NCBI GenBank assembly: GCA_022705745.1
Contig: JAKJDW010000004.1
Coordinates: 3,614 to 67,613 of the forward strand
Length of the DNA stretch: 64,000 nt
Source: Patescibacteria group bacterium
GTDB taxonomy: Bacteria; Patescibacteriota; Gracilibacteria; Absconditabacterales; Absconditicoccaceae
Direction: 5' to 3'
Positions 38,216 through 49,202 of this stretch are shown here, piece by piece; within the stretch, counting starts at the first letter, position 1; the number at the start of each line of letters is the position of its first letter. The position numbers and the translations under genes were made by a program. The notes under the pieces were generated by a model. That model did not search any database, was not told where the DNA came from, and saw only the letters and a program-made list of their open reading frames with translations.

Positions 38216-38665
38216 TTGCCTCCCTTCAAAGAAGGGAGCTGCTCTAATGCTATGCACCGCTTGCCCCGCTTAAACAGCGGGGCAGAATTGCGGGGCTACA
38301 ATTTATGGGGATTTAGGCCACAAATAGAAAAAACAAAAAATTGTCTCCCTTTTGCGAAACGAAGTGGAGTCCTCTCCCGACACATCGGGATCTCACTTTG
38401 TTCGAGATCTATCGGGACAAAGGGAGCTGTTCTTCCGCATCTCTTGCAGCCCCGCAGAATTGCGGGGCTACAATTTGTTGGAATTTAAGCCATAAGTAGG
38501 AGAAACAGCAAACTGTCTCCCTTTCGCAAAGGGAGCTGTTCTTTTAGAGGGATTTAGTGTATTCCACCACACAGAATTGCTTGACTCAAGAAAGAGAATT
38601 ATCCCTGTTTCTACTAGTCATGTCCTTCGCCCTCCCGTAGTACTACGGGAGGGCTCGAGGACGAC
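38216..38665. repeat. Composite cluster R13, including a second copy of the three-level nested hairpin (38341-38427)
   Basis: ttgcctcccttcaaagaagggagctgctctaatg, ccccgcttaaacagcgggg, cagaattgcggggCTAC, ttgtctcccttttgcgaaacgaagtggagtcctc[tcccgacacatcggga]tctcactttgttcgagatctatcgggacaaagggagctgttct, ccccgcagaattgcggggCTAC, GTAGgagaaacagcaaactgtctccctttcgcaaagggagctgttct, cctcccGTAGtactacgggagg. Confidence 0.95.
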
Positions 38666-38741
38666 AAACACATTTATGAACACTTGAAAAAAATAAATAA
38701 AAAAATAAAATATTTGTTGTATTTTTATATAAACATCAATT

Positions 38742-39533
38742 ATGATAGATTTAAAATCCTTGTTTTTTAGGAAAAAACGCCAAAAAGTCCTTGTAATATC
38801 TGGATGAGGGTTCAAATGATTATATGCTGTTTGAGTTTTGAAATGACTGGAAGAGCTTTGATTAGATAAAAAGATAGAAGCGGTTTTTGGTGTTAGCATA
38901 GGAGCTATTATTTGAGCATTATGGTCATATGGAATTGAGGCTGACAAAATTTTTAAAATACTGAATGATGTTTCTTTTGATAAGTTTTATACTAAAAATA
39001 TTTTTAAAAAAACTTGATGAATTTTGTCTAATGAAAAAATTAAAGTTATGATGAAGGAACATTTACCAGATAGCTTTTCTTCTTTGCAAAAAAAACTATA
39101 TGTTTGAGCAGTTGATGCAAATGGTGCTAAATTTATTTTATTTGAAAAGTGACAATTGCAAGAAATTATTTTATGAAGTATGGCGATACCTGGTATTTTT
39201 CCACCAGTACAATACAAAAAATATAATTTGGTTGATGGATGAGTGTTAAACAACTTTCCCGTAGATTTAGCCAAAAAACTTTATCCAAAAAACATAATAA
39301 TATGAATAGCTCTGCATAAATTCAAAAAAAATCAAGTAATAGATACGGCTATTCATAATTTAATGGTAAATTTTGAAATTATTTTAAGAGCAAAGTTATT
39401 AGAAAACACAAAATATGTAGATCATTTATTTCACAAAAGGGTGCCAATCCCTGTATTATCTTTGGATAAAAAGAAAATGAAACAAGCTTTTGATATGTGA
39501 TATCAAGATTGTATTAAAGAGTTTGGGGGATAA
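38742..39533 (+). CDS. Patatin-like phospholipase
   Basis: 263 aa: MIDLKSLFFRKKRQKVLVISGGGFKGLYAVGVLKGLEELGLDKKIEAVFGVSIGAIIGALW...AIPGIFPPVQYKKYNLVDGGVLNNFPV. Motifs GGG.kG, G.S.G and DGG..N.P. Confidence 0.8.
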
Positions 39534-39722
39534 GCAAAGTTTGTAAAGTTGAAAGTTTATAAAGTTGCAAGTTAAAAGTTTGTAAAGTTAAAAGTTGAAA
39601 GTTTATCAAGCTGCAAGTTATAAGTTTGTAAAGTTAAAAGTTGAAAGTTTATCAAGCTGCAAGTTATAAGGCGCTTATGAACTTTACAAACTTTATGAAC
39701 TTTACAAACTTAAACGACTATT
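39534..39722. repeat. AT-rich word-repeat cluster with a 58-bp direct duplication and inverted GTTTGTAAAGTT / AACTTTACAAAC arms
   Basis: gcaaagtttgtaaagttgaaagtttataaagttgcaagttaaa[agtttgtaaagttaaaagttgaaagtttatcaagctgcaagttata]x2 aggcgcttatgaactttacaaactttatgaactttacaaactt. Confidence 0.9.
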
Positions 39723-39724
39723 CC

Positions 39725-40801
39725 CTAATCTTTTTTCAAATCCAAACCACACTTTAGCTTTTTTACTATGAAAAGGTAATAGTTAACTCAGAAAAAAATT
39801 AGTGCCATCATGACAAATATTATTATTTTGTTTAATCTATTTGCTGATTGCATCAACATCAAAACCATCATTACAAACGACCGAATCCAGACAAAAGCTC
39901 TTACTTCTGGTCTAGTCCATTTTAGTCATAAAAGTCTGTGGTGTATGTGTGTATAATCTCATTTCATGGGATTTTTTTTGAGAATCAAAATCCTATATAA
40001 TCATACCCATATTGCATCAAAAATCACAAGAGACAAAGCTACTACCAATGTTCATATTTTTGCTCATCATAGAACCGATAAATAAGCCAAACTAAATCCA
40101 AAAAACATAATTCATACATCTCTGAGAAGTCATAATGGTTTATATTCTAATACAGTAGACACTAAACTTATGAAAAATAAAACCAAAGACATGTTGGATG
40201 TAAGAACTAAGATATCTCGATTATTGAATTCGGTATAATATCTCATGACAACGAATTTTATTAACAAGAAAATGGTCAAGAATCATATTGCACTAACTCA
40301 GCTAGCTTGTGCATTTATTCAATCAATCCAATTTATAGCATTTATACAAAGCATTGCTCGTACTACAAAAAATACTACAAAAACATATTGTGGGATATGT
40401 CGAACAAAAGATCAAAGAATTAGTTCTTGTCAAACTCCGATTTTTCAAACATAGACAGCAATAATTGCTCATCATATATGGGATACTAATCTGACAATCG
40501 AAGGAATTCTAAATTTTACTTTTCACATATATCACAATTCTTCTATTAATTCGACTATTAAAATTGGAAGGACTCATAGCACAAGACCTCGAAGCATATT
40601 ATTTGAACTTGTCCCTGGAAAAAACCAAATCATTGTAAGAACGAAACTGATGTATGCAAAAATTCACATAAGTGTAGGAACCGGTCATCTAACTCATTTC
40701 AAATCTGCACCAGGTCTGTCTAAAATTTTGATTTTTTTGAACAAATATCGTCAAACAAAAAATACTGCTATAATGAGTAGAACAGAAAATAAATAGTTCA
40801 T
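39725..40801 (-). CDS. Glycosyltransferase family 4 (MraY/WecA/TagO-like polyprenyl-phosphate sugar-1-phosphate transferase)
   Basis: 358 aa, multi-TM: MNYLFSVLLIIAVFFVGRYLFKKIKILDRPGADLKGVRGPVPTLMG...VRAMLCINAINWIDGINAQASGVSAIGFL...GDYTHIHHRLLGLKWTRPEV. Motifs NAiN.iDG..g.asG and H.HHrLl. Confidence 0.8.
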
Positions 40802-40980
40802 TGATTTTATTTAAAAAATAAACTAAATAAAACATATTGAATATATTGTTTTTTTCAAATCAAAATGTAAAGTACTTGAAAACAATTTAGAAAACAACAT
40901 AATTGGTGATATGTTTCTAATTGGAACAATGGTCTTACTTTGTCAACTTACAAACTTTTAAACTATAAATAACTCATTGT

Positions 40981-42117
40981 ATGTTAAAAGTATTTTTAGC
41001 TGATATAGCTCCAAAAAATCTTTCAAGAGAGATTTTACAAGACAGAATGAATGAACTAGAAAATCTAGTAGACACTTTTTGATGATTGGTGATTGTGACA
41101 AAACTCCAAAGAAAAGAACAACCAGATTTCAAAACATATGTTTGAAAATGAAAATTGGAAGAAATTATCCAAGAAATGATTAGTGTTTGAGCAAATTTAT
41201 TGATTGTATGAAATGTTTTAAAACCTTCTCAAATATTTGAAATAAATGAACAACTTCGTGTTGCAAGTGAACAGGCCTGATTAAAAGAGCCTATAAAAGC
41301 ACGAGATAGAATAGATTTGATTTTGAAGATTTTTGAAAAGCACGCTCAAAGTACAGAAGCTAGATTACAAATAGAGCTAGCAGCAATTAAGCATATGGGG
41401 CCAAGAATTTACGGAATGGGAATGGAACTTTCTCGTCAATGATGAAGTAGCTGAAGCTGATGATGAGCAACTAGATGAATCTGAGAAACTAATACAGAAA
41501 GAATGAAAAGACACTTGAAGGAAAGGCAAATTAAAATCAAAGATAAATTAAAAGAGTTTGAAAAAATGAGAGAATTACATAGACAAAGCAGAATCAAAAA
41601 GTGATTACCAATTATTTGAATAGTTGGTTATACAAATGCTGGTAAGTCATCCTTATTGAATGCTCTAACTAAAAAATGAGTTTTGGCTGAAAATAAACTT
41701 TTTGCTACACTTTGAACAAATGTATGAAAATTGTTTCTTTTTACAGATCCAGAAAAGTGAATTTGAAAAGAAGTTCTATTAAACGATACAATTTGATTTA
41801 TTCGTGATCTACCTCCAAAACTTATTGATGCTTTTTCAAGTACCTTGGAAGATAGTATAGAAAGTGTTTTTTTACTGCATATCATAGATGCTTCTGATCC
41901 ATTTATTCAAGAAAGAATAAATGTGGTAGATGAAATTCTAGATGATATCGGAGCTAAACAACATAGAGTTCTAGTTTTCAATAAAATTGATTTAATAGAC
42001 GAAAGTAGACTTAAAGAACTTAAAGAAACTTACAAAAATTATGATTCTGTGTTTATTTCAATTATTGATGAAATAGGGCTGGAAGACCTAAAAGATAGAA
42101 TTATCAATCTAATATAA
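40981..42117 (+). CDS. hflX: GTPase HflX
   Basis: 378 aa: ...NELENLVDTFGGLVIVTKLQRKEQPDFKTYVGKGKLEEI...ARLQIELAAIKHMGPRI...LSRQGGSSGSGGGATRGIGETNTE...LPIIGIVGYTNAGKSSLLNALT...LLNDTIGFIRDLPPKLIDAFSSTLE...VFNKIDL. Confidence 0.9.
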
Positions 42118-42161
42118 GTGTTTAAAAAAATGGTTGTTGAAATATTCAACAACCATAACTA

Positions 42162-42662
42162 TCATATAGAATTAAAATTTTTTTTCTTTCTTTCATATTT
42201 TTTGTTTATTTTATGTCTTGGGAATATTAATTTGTTTGTTAAATTCCCATCTAATAAACAAAATACATCTCCCCTATTTACAAGGGTCTTATGATTTTTT
42301 GTTTTGTATGAAACCCAATAAATCACATTGGATTGTATTGGGACATTTAAGAAATCATAAATAGGTACCTTTCCAAATGTTATCTTTGGTTTATCTTCTA
42401 GTATCCGGATTTGAAATCCAGAAAATTCAAAGTCTTGTATGTCTTTAAATTCTTTCGAAGATGCGCCATGTCCACCATTACAAACAAAAATGTTTAAATT
42501 GGTGGTATAAGTTTTTATTTTTATTTGTTTCTTTCCATTTGTATGAATTTTAGCCTGGAAAGTGGCTGATTTAATAATATTGGGGACAATTTTCACTGTT
42601 TCTAAACAAGGGTATGTCTCCTTTAACCCTTCAATTAAAAAAACAATAATTACTTCTTCCAT
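42162..42662 (-). CDS. Hypothetical protein (166 aa) with no in-frame TGA
   Basis: Complete standard-code ORF MEEVIIVFLIEGLKETYPCLETVKIVPNII...VCNGGHGASSKEFKDIQDFEFSGFQIRILEDKPK.... All of its Gly codons are GGN, unlike neighbouring genes. No family recognised. Confidence 0.6.
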   Translation of the reverse strand: MEEVIIVFLIEGLKETYPCLETVKIVPNIIKSATFQAKIHTNGKKQIKIKTYTTNLNIFVCNGGHGASSKEFKDIQDFEFSGFQIRILEDKPKITFGKVPIYDFLNVPIQSNVIYWVSYKTKNHKTLVNRGDVFCLLDGNLTNKLIFPRHKINKKYERKKKNFNSI

Positions 42663-43059
42663 TTTTTTGAATTTTAGTTTTATTTTTTATTACAGTACGG
42701 ATTTTTTAATATAAATTCTTTTTCGTAAATCAACCGTTTTTTAATTTTAGTTTTAATATTGGATTTTAGTTGAAGCGAGATATGTTCTCTTATAAATCTA
42801 ATTATAACAAAAATATAAGCAAAATTTTGTTGATTAAAATATGGAGAATGTATGAAATATTAACGAAATTGAGCGAAATATAAATATATTTTATCTACAA
42901 AATGGGTAATAAATTTGATTTTTCAAGACACTTTAAATTAAATTATAGATTTTTGAGTTGTGAAAAAAGTTTCCTTATTAAATTTAAAACCGAATTTATT
43001 GAAAATCAAATTTATTTATTTATTATCAGAATTAGAATTTATATTAAAATTTTTATTGG

Positions 43060-44181
43060 ATGAATAAAATACTTAAAAAATTTTTAATCTCTTTTTTTAT
43101 AACTTTATTTTTCTATGTATTAATATATTTTATTGTATTTTATTACGACTATGCTTGAGAAACTATTTTACGATTCAAAAAAAATATTTATTATTTAATT
43201 TTTCTTTTTATTTCCATTGTTTGAGGTTTAAGTTTATACGGAAACGAAAATAATAAATCAAAATTTATTATTTCTATAATATTTTTAGTCAATTTTGTAT
43301 ATTTAATTTTTATTTTTAGTGTATGAAATATTTGATTAAGCCGAATTCAATGATTGTTTTTGATATGATTTTTATTATTGTGATTGGTTTTTAGTAATTT
43401 AAGAAATCGAGTTTGAAATGTTGTAATTATTGCCTCTGTATTATGAATTTTTTTAACAATATTTTTTACACTCATTCCTTTATATTGAGAATGACCAGAT
43501 CTTGAAGGATTTGAAAATAATTTTGAAACACAACTTATTACATATTCCAAAATAGGTTTACATACTAATGTAGCTATTTTAGAAAAAGATAACAAAAAAT
43601 ATAATTTAATAAAATGAATTAAAAATTATGATTTGGCTATTTGACCATCATGATCAAATATAACATTTAAAGCAAATAATTTATATTTAAATGCTTTTTG
43701 ATATATTTTATTTAAAAATAAAGAAATATTACAAATATATCCTCAAACAGCTATTAAAATAAACCCTAATTTCGAAATAGAAATAATAACTGGAATGGTA
43801 AAATATTATCCACAAGAAATTAAAAGTTTTTCTTTTACTGGAAAAAATATAGCTTTATTGATTGTGGATCAAGAAAATATTGATATTATTTTGGGGCGAT
43901 ACGACGATCAGTTAAAAAATTATATTTGGGAACAAAATGGAAAAGAAATTCACCAGAATAAAACGATTTTATTAATTTCAAAAAATACTTTAGAATTTTT
44001 GAATAAAATTTTCCCAAGACAATTTAAACAAAATTTAGAAAATTTTGATTTGTTTGATAAATATTTGGAATATAACTTAGAAGAAAAAGAAGATCTAAAA
44101 ACCTTTGATCAAGAAAATATAAAAAAATGAATATGGCAAAGTGTAAAAGATTGATTAAAATTTACAGAAATTATCAAATAA
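43060..44181 (+). CDS. Hypothetical integral membrane protein (373 aa; about 5 N-terminal TM helices plus a soluble C-terminal domain)
   Basis: MNKILKKFLISFFITLFFYVLIYFIVFYYDYAGETILRFKK...FLIGFLLLGLVFSNLRNRVGNVVIIASVLGIFLTIFFTLIPLYGEGPDLEG...MVKYYPQEIKSFSFTGKNIALLIVDQ.... In frame with track ORF 43795-44130 and joined by TGA codons. Confidence 0.7.
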
Positions 44182-44183
44182 AC

Positions 44184-44810
44184 TTAGTCAAAGTCTATTT
44201 TCAACTGTCAACCCTTTCCTTCAATAATTTTATATCCTCTTGTATCTGTTTTTTCATCTGTTTTTTTATCTATTTTTTTGTCTGTTTTTATTGTATTTCA
44301 AATTTTTTCTTCTGGAGGTAAATTTTTTAAGTCTGGAATATGTCAAGGAGGTAAAATATTACACTCCAAATCAATAGATAAGATATCTTCCTCATGTTTT
44401 CGGATTGGGAGCATTCATTCTTGTCTAATAATTTCTGATTCTTGTTCCATCTCTTCTACTTCTTCCATTAGTTTCCATATTTCTTCTTGTTTCTTGATTT
44501 CATATATATTTAAAAAATGAAGATATTTACTATATAATCACATTAATGGTTTTTTTGTTTTATTCTTTATATAACTTAAAGATTTTTCTTCTAATAATGG
44601 ACGATATATTTTTTCATGAAAAGAGATGGAAAAACTTTTCTCTTTTCGAATGTTTTTTATTTCTCCTAAATGTTCTCTTCAATTTTTAAAAAAACTTAAT
44701 AAAATATCACTTCAAAATCTTGTTGATAATTTTTCCCAATTAGTAATGTATTGTTGTTTTTCATCATTTTTTAAATATTCTTTCCATTCTTTTTTAAAGG
44801 TTTTATCCAT
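44184..44810 (-). CDS. Hypothetical charged protein (208 aa)
   Basis: MDKTFKKEWKEYLKNDEKQQYITNWEKLSTRFGSDILLSFFKNGREHLGEIKNIRKEK...EEVEEMEQESEIIRQEGMLPIRKHEEDILSIDLECNILPPGHIPDLKNLPPEEKIG.... Ends in TAA, 3 nt from the convergent gene. Confidence 0.55.
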
Positions 44811-45254
44811 TTCAATTTATTAATAATTTAAAAAAAATTAACTAACAGTGTTTATTATAATAATTTCTTTTGTTTTGTCAAGTGCTATTTTTATTTTGAA
44901 ATACAAGAAATACAATCCACATTTTAATTAAAAATCTACTTTATATTATTGTTTTTTAATTAAAAAGTTTCTAACATTTTTTGAACTTTTCAACAAAATA
45001 TTATAAATACTTTTTATTTAGTTTTGTATATTTTTTACAATTCAACATTTTTTTTACACAAAAGCTTTTTAATAAAATATAGTTATAATGTAGTAAAACA
45101 AATTTCAACAATTTTTTATAAAATATATATTATTATTGTTATTAATTTTTTAAATTTATATTTTAAAATTTAATATATAAATAACAAATTATTTGTTGAA
45201 AAGAAAAAAACAATTCTTATATTAAAAATAATAATTTATTTTTTTATAAAGAAA

Positions 45255-45662
45255 ATGGAAATATTTAAAAGATCTATTTTTGGTTTGGTTTTTTTGTCAT
45301 TAATTTTTTATTTGTTTTATTTGTTTTTCAATTGAATAATTGTGGTAAATGAAAGCTTTTTAGATCAAAATAATATTATAATTTGACTTTATATTTTGAT
45401 ATTTTTATATTATTTAGTTTTTTATGTAATTAAACCAACTTATATCAAAAAATTTAAGTTACGAAATACTTTAATTTGAATATTTATTATTATATCCAGT
45501 CAATCTTTCTTTTTAAATTCTGGACATGAATGATTGTATTTTGCTGATATATTTACAGTAGTTTGATTATTTTTAACTATAATTTGACCAACAAATTTAC
45601 TTGTTTCCAAAAAACTAAAACAAGAAAAATTAGAAAAAAAGATGGAAATTATAGAGGTTTAA
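45255..45662 (+). CDS. Small membrane protein (135 aa, about 4 TM)
   Basis: MEIFKRSIFGLVFLSLIFYLFYLFFNGIIVVNESFLDQNNIIIGLYILIFLYYLVFYVIKPTYIKKFKLRNTLIGIFIIISSQSFFLNSGHEGLYFADIFTVVGLFLTIIGPTNLLVSKKLKQEKLEKKMEIIEV. Confidence 0.55.
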
Positions 45663-45788
45663 TGTATTTTTGTGAAAATATGGTAAGATGTACAAAAAAT
45701 TCAGTAAAAAAGTGCTGGATTTTTTTGCTTTTTTTTAAAAAATATTTATAATTAATTTGTATTATATTTATTTAATAAAATAATAAAA

Positions 45789-46403
45789 ATGACATGAGTT
45801 GAAAGTTCTGGTGAAAAAGGATTTTTTGATAAAATATCGGATTGAGTCAAAACTGTATGGGAGAAAGCAAAAGAATTATTTTGACAGATTGCTGATTGGT
45901 TTAAAGAGATGTTTTGAATTGAAAGCAAAACGCAAAAAAGTTTAACAGAATTAGCTAAGGAAATTGTAGAAAATCAAACAAAAGATGATCTTAAAAAATT
46001 AATTAAAGATATGGAAGAGACCACTTGATTAACAGAAATTGAGATGAAATTTATTTGAAGAAATAAAGAATTGTCTGATTATTATAAATGGTTGAAAGAT
46101 AATTTATCGGAGAAGGTTGCGAAAAAAGAAATGGATATATTTTTATCTAATTTTATTGAAAAAACAAAAAGTGATGATAAATTAACTACAGATGAAGAAA
46201 AACAATTAAAATCAAAAATTTTGACTAGCGATGAAAAGAAGGAGTTATTAGGAGATAAAAATCTTCAAAAAATTATTCAAGAGATAGTTGATAGTTGAGA
46301 AGATTATAGTGTTAAAGAAATAATTGCTGTTTATGATAAAAATGAAACAAAAACGAAGGATGAGATTTTGAGTAAACTATCTGGAGAAAAGGATTTGGAT
46401 TAA
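45789..46403 (+). CDS. Hypothetical charged, helical protein (204 aa)
   Basis: MTGVESSGEKGFFDKISDGVKTVWEKAKELFGQIADWFKEMFGIESKTQKSLTELAKEIVENQTKDDLKKLIKDMEETTGLTEIEMKFIGRNKELSDYYKWLKDNL.... In frame with track ORF 46071-46298. Confidence 0.55.
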
Positions 46404-46438
46404 GATTTAATATAATAATTTATTTATTTGAGTAAAAG

Positions 46439-47419
46439 ATGTTGATAGAGCAACGAAGAGAAGAAGTAGCAAAAGAGTATATAGACAATTTAAAGTTACA
46501 GGAAACAGATTGAGTTTTGAAACAAATAGGTGATTTATTGTGATTATTTAAAAAAGAAATAGAAGAAAAAAGTAAGTTAACAAAAGATGTAGAAAAAAAA
46601 TTGCAAGATTTTTTAGTTTCTGGTTGATTATTTTCTGAATTTAAATGATTTTTTTCAAGACTATTATTGCCCTCAGAAATTCAGAAAAAATTAGAAAACG
46701 CAAAGGAGGTACTTAAAAATAGTACAAATAAACAAGAAGCTAGAGAAAAATTATGATTATATGTTAACAAAGAACCAGAAACTACTGTATTGAAAACAGA
46801 AAATCTTGAATGAGATGCTAAGTGAGGTGTTGAACAAAATCTTGATGATGAAAACTTATTAACAGATAGTAAAGAATATTTAAAAAATTTTTCTGAAGCA
46901 GAGAGATATGTTATAGAACAAGCTAAAAAATATTGAATTACTGATAAAAACCAGATAGCCTATATTTTAGCAACAGTAAAATGAGAAAGTAATTTCAAAA
47001 ATATCAAAGAATTTTGATGAAAAAATAAACGATATTGAAAAGATAATTATTTTGGTAGAGGTTATGTTCAACTTACACACAAAAGTAATTATAGGAAATT
47101 TACAAATATTATAAGAAAAAATAAACTACAATTTAAAGATAATTTTTGAAACAATCTTGGTAAAGAAGAGTTGAATTTGGTGAAAAACCCGGATTCTATT
47201 CTTAAAAGTAATGATTTAGCTGCTTTTATTTTAATTCATTGAATGAAAGAATGATTGTTTACATGAAAAAAATTATCAGATTTTGTTAACGAACACATGG
47301 TAGATTTTTATAACGCAAGAAATATTGTTAACTGAATGAGTAGTTCTCCAGGCAAATTTCAAAATTTAGCAAAAAAATATTTATCTCAAATGGAAGATAA
47401 ACAAAAAATTATAACATAG
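46439..47419 (+). CDS. Protein with a C-terminal GH19-like (chitinase/lysozyme-type) peptidoglycan hydrolase domain
   Basis: 326 aa. The N-terminal 150 aa are helical and unknown. Then ERYVIEQAKKYGITDKNQIAYILATVKGESNFKNIKEFGGKNKRYGKDNYFGRGYVQLTHKSNYRKFTNII...NPDSILKSNDLAAFILIHGMKEGLFTG. The block Y.GRG.iQLT...NY is typical of GH19-type endolysins. Confidence 0.6.
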
Positions 47420-47475
47420 TAAGTTTTTTTTCGTCATTTTAATAACTTGTTTAAATATTTATTTTTTTGTTTTAA

Positions 47476-47838
47476 TTAAAATAAGTTTACAACTAACCTT
47501 ATTATTGCGTATGATAATATAGATACGAAAATTGCTATAAAAGCTGAAAATATCATTTTATTTGCTGCAGACACAGAATCCTCTTTTCAACTGGCTGTAA
47601 TTAATTTTATTCATCAATAAACTAAAACAACCATAGCTACTCCAGCTATAGAAAACCAAAGATAATCGTTTATTATCTGTATTATATCAAAAATTGTACT
47701 TTCATCACTTTCTATTTGCGTGGGTCAGGTGACCACTATATCTTCTTGTCCATGTGGAACGGGTATGTTCATATTAAGTCAAAAAACATTTACCAAATTA
47801 AAACCAAATATAAACAATATTAACAATAATTTCATCAT
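47476..47838 (-). CDS. CPR-type pilin-like protein (TrbC/VirB2-like or T4SS-pilin-like topology), 120 aa
   Basis: MMKLLLILFIFGFNLVNVFG (signal) ...STIFDIIQIINDYLWFSIAGVAMVVLVYGGIKLITASGKEDSVSAANKMIFSAFIAIFVSILSYAIIRLVVNLF. It has two hydrophobic helices around a G-G...SG-D loop, the pattern of small pilins annotated in CPR genomes. Confidence 0.6.
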
Positions 47839-47862
47839 AGACTTTTTTTATAATTATAAATA

Positions 47863-48762
47863 TTAATTTACTATAGATCATCCTAAATCTTCAACACATT
47901 TAGTTTTCATTTCAGAATTATATATTCTTTTTCGCATACAATTCTTGTCAAAACTATTTCAATCTCATTCACATATTTTACACCTATATCATCATACCGT
48001 ATGAGCTTCCATTTTATCTGCGGACATAGAAAAAGGTGGTAGATATTTTCGTTCACGAAACTGCATTGTTCATTGAGGATGTCCAAAAGTAGATTTTAAA
48101 CAAATTTGTTCTTTTAAATCATTACCAACTAATATTATTGATCATGTTTTACATCAAATTTCAAATGCAGAGAGGTCATCACTAGTTTTTATGCTACTTT
48201 TTGGGATGGATATTATTAAATTAATTACACTTACACTTAATAATGCTAACATAATTCAGGAAACAACATAAATTAAATTTTTTTTGGATTCAGCTGATTT
48301 TCGGTCTTTTCATCACAAAACTTCTATCATATATTTTACAGAATTAAATATTATCATAGAAATAGAAAGGACAATAGTCATTCTAAGTAAAAACTTAGTA
48401 ATTCTAACTATCAATGGTGCTTTGGAATGAACATTTATTATTTCAGTTTTTCGTTGTCAACCCATTTGAATACAAGTTTGTTCGTTTAAACCTTCTTGTT
48501 TCACATTATTTATAAAACAAGCTGGTTGGAAAGGAGCACCTCATACTTCTATAACTGTTTTTTCTCTAAGAATAGTATCTCAAACTGTTTTTTTATTTTT
48601 TCATATATTTATTATATAATCATGACTCATAGCGGGATTGAACACCTGTTCCATTAAGTCTGTTCAGAAAGCGTTATCTAATAAAAAAAACCCACTTATA
48701 GAAAAAAAGAAACTTAGAATATAAACAATTAATGTTTTTTTATTTTTTTTAAATAAAAACAT
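47863..48762 (-). CDS. Membrane protein (299 aa) with an internal pilin-like two-helix module and a Cys-rich C-terminal domain
   Basis: MFLFKKNKKTLIVYILSFFFSISGFFLL...APLIVRITKFLLRMTIVLSISMIIFNSVKYMIEVLGGKDRKSAESKKNLIYVVSGIMLALLSVSVINLIISI...CKTGSIILVGNDLKEQICLKS...GGYRCKICEGDGNSFDKNCMRKRIYNSEMKTKCVEDLGG. Confidence 0.55.
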
Positions 48763-48766
48763 TTTA

Positions 48767-49177
48767 TTAAAGGTTTTTAAGTAAATCTTCAGCCTCTTCT
48801 TTTTCTTTATCTCTAATAAGGTCTTCTTTGGTTTGTATACTAGTCATCGTTTTTTGATAGTGTACGGCATCAAATTTAGTTTGATATTTTTCTTTGATTT
48901 CTTCTTTTTTCTTTTCATATTTTTCTTCAATTTCAGCTATTTTGTCTCTTTCTCTAATAAGAATCTCTTTTAGCTTATTTACCTGTTCTTCGTTCATCAT
49001 AGGGACTAAATTAAACCAATTTTGTTTTTCTTCGTCTTTCGATAAAGACCTAGAATTTAATACCAAGATTACAGCATCAGGATGGTTTTCCAAAAAATAA
49101 TCTGGAATATTAAATTTTGATGCCTTTTCCCATAATTCTTGAGGTAGTTTTTGTTTTATAAGTTCTACATTAGTCAT
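48767..49177 (-). CDS. Acidic coiled-coil protein (136 aa), no Gly at all
   Basis: Complete ORF MTNVELIKQKLPQELWEKASKFNIPDYFLENHPDAVILVLNSRSLSKDEEKQNWFNLVPMMNEEQVNKLKEILIRERDKIAEIEEKYEKKKEEIKEKYQ.... It lies 25 nt after pilT and 4 nt before the next gene, so it appears to be in the same operon. Confidence 0.65.
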   Translation of the reverse strand: MTNVELIKQKLPQELWEKASKFNIPDYFLENHPDAVILVLNSRSLSKDEEKQNWFNLVPMMNEEQVNKLKEILIRERDKIAEIEEKYEKKKEEIKEKYQTKFDAVHYQKTMTSIQTKEDLIRDKEKEEAEDLLKNL

Positions 49178-49202
49178 TTTTTTTGATTGTTAGTTTATAA
49201 AT

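Noticed and set aside
44880-44900. DnaA-box-like sequence (CAATCCACA) in the extremely AT-rich 444-bp spacer, as a replication origin
   Set aside because: It is a single imperfect box (two mismatches to TTATCCACA). There is no cluster of boxes and no dnaA or dnaN nearby.
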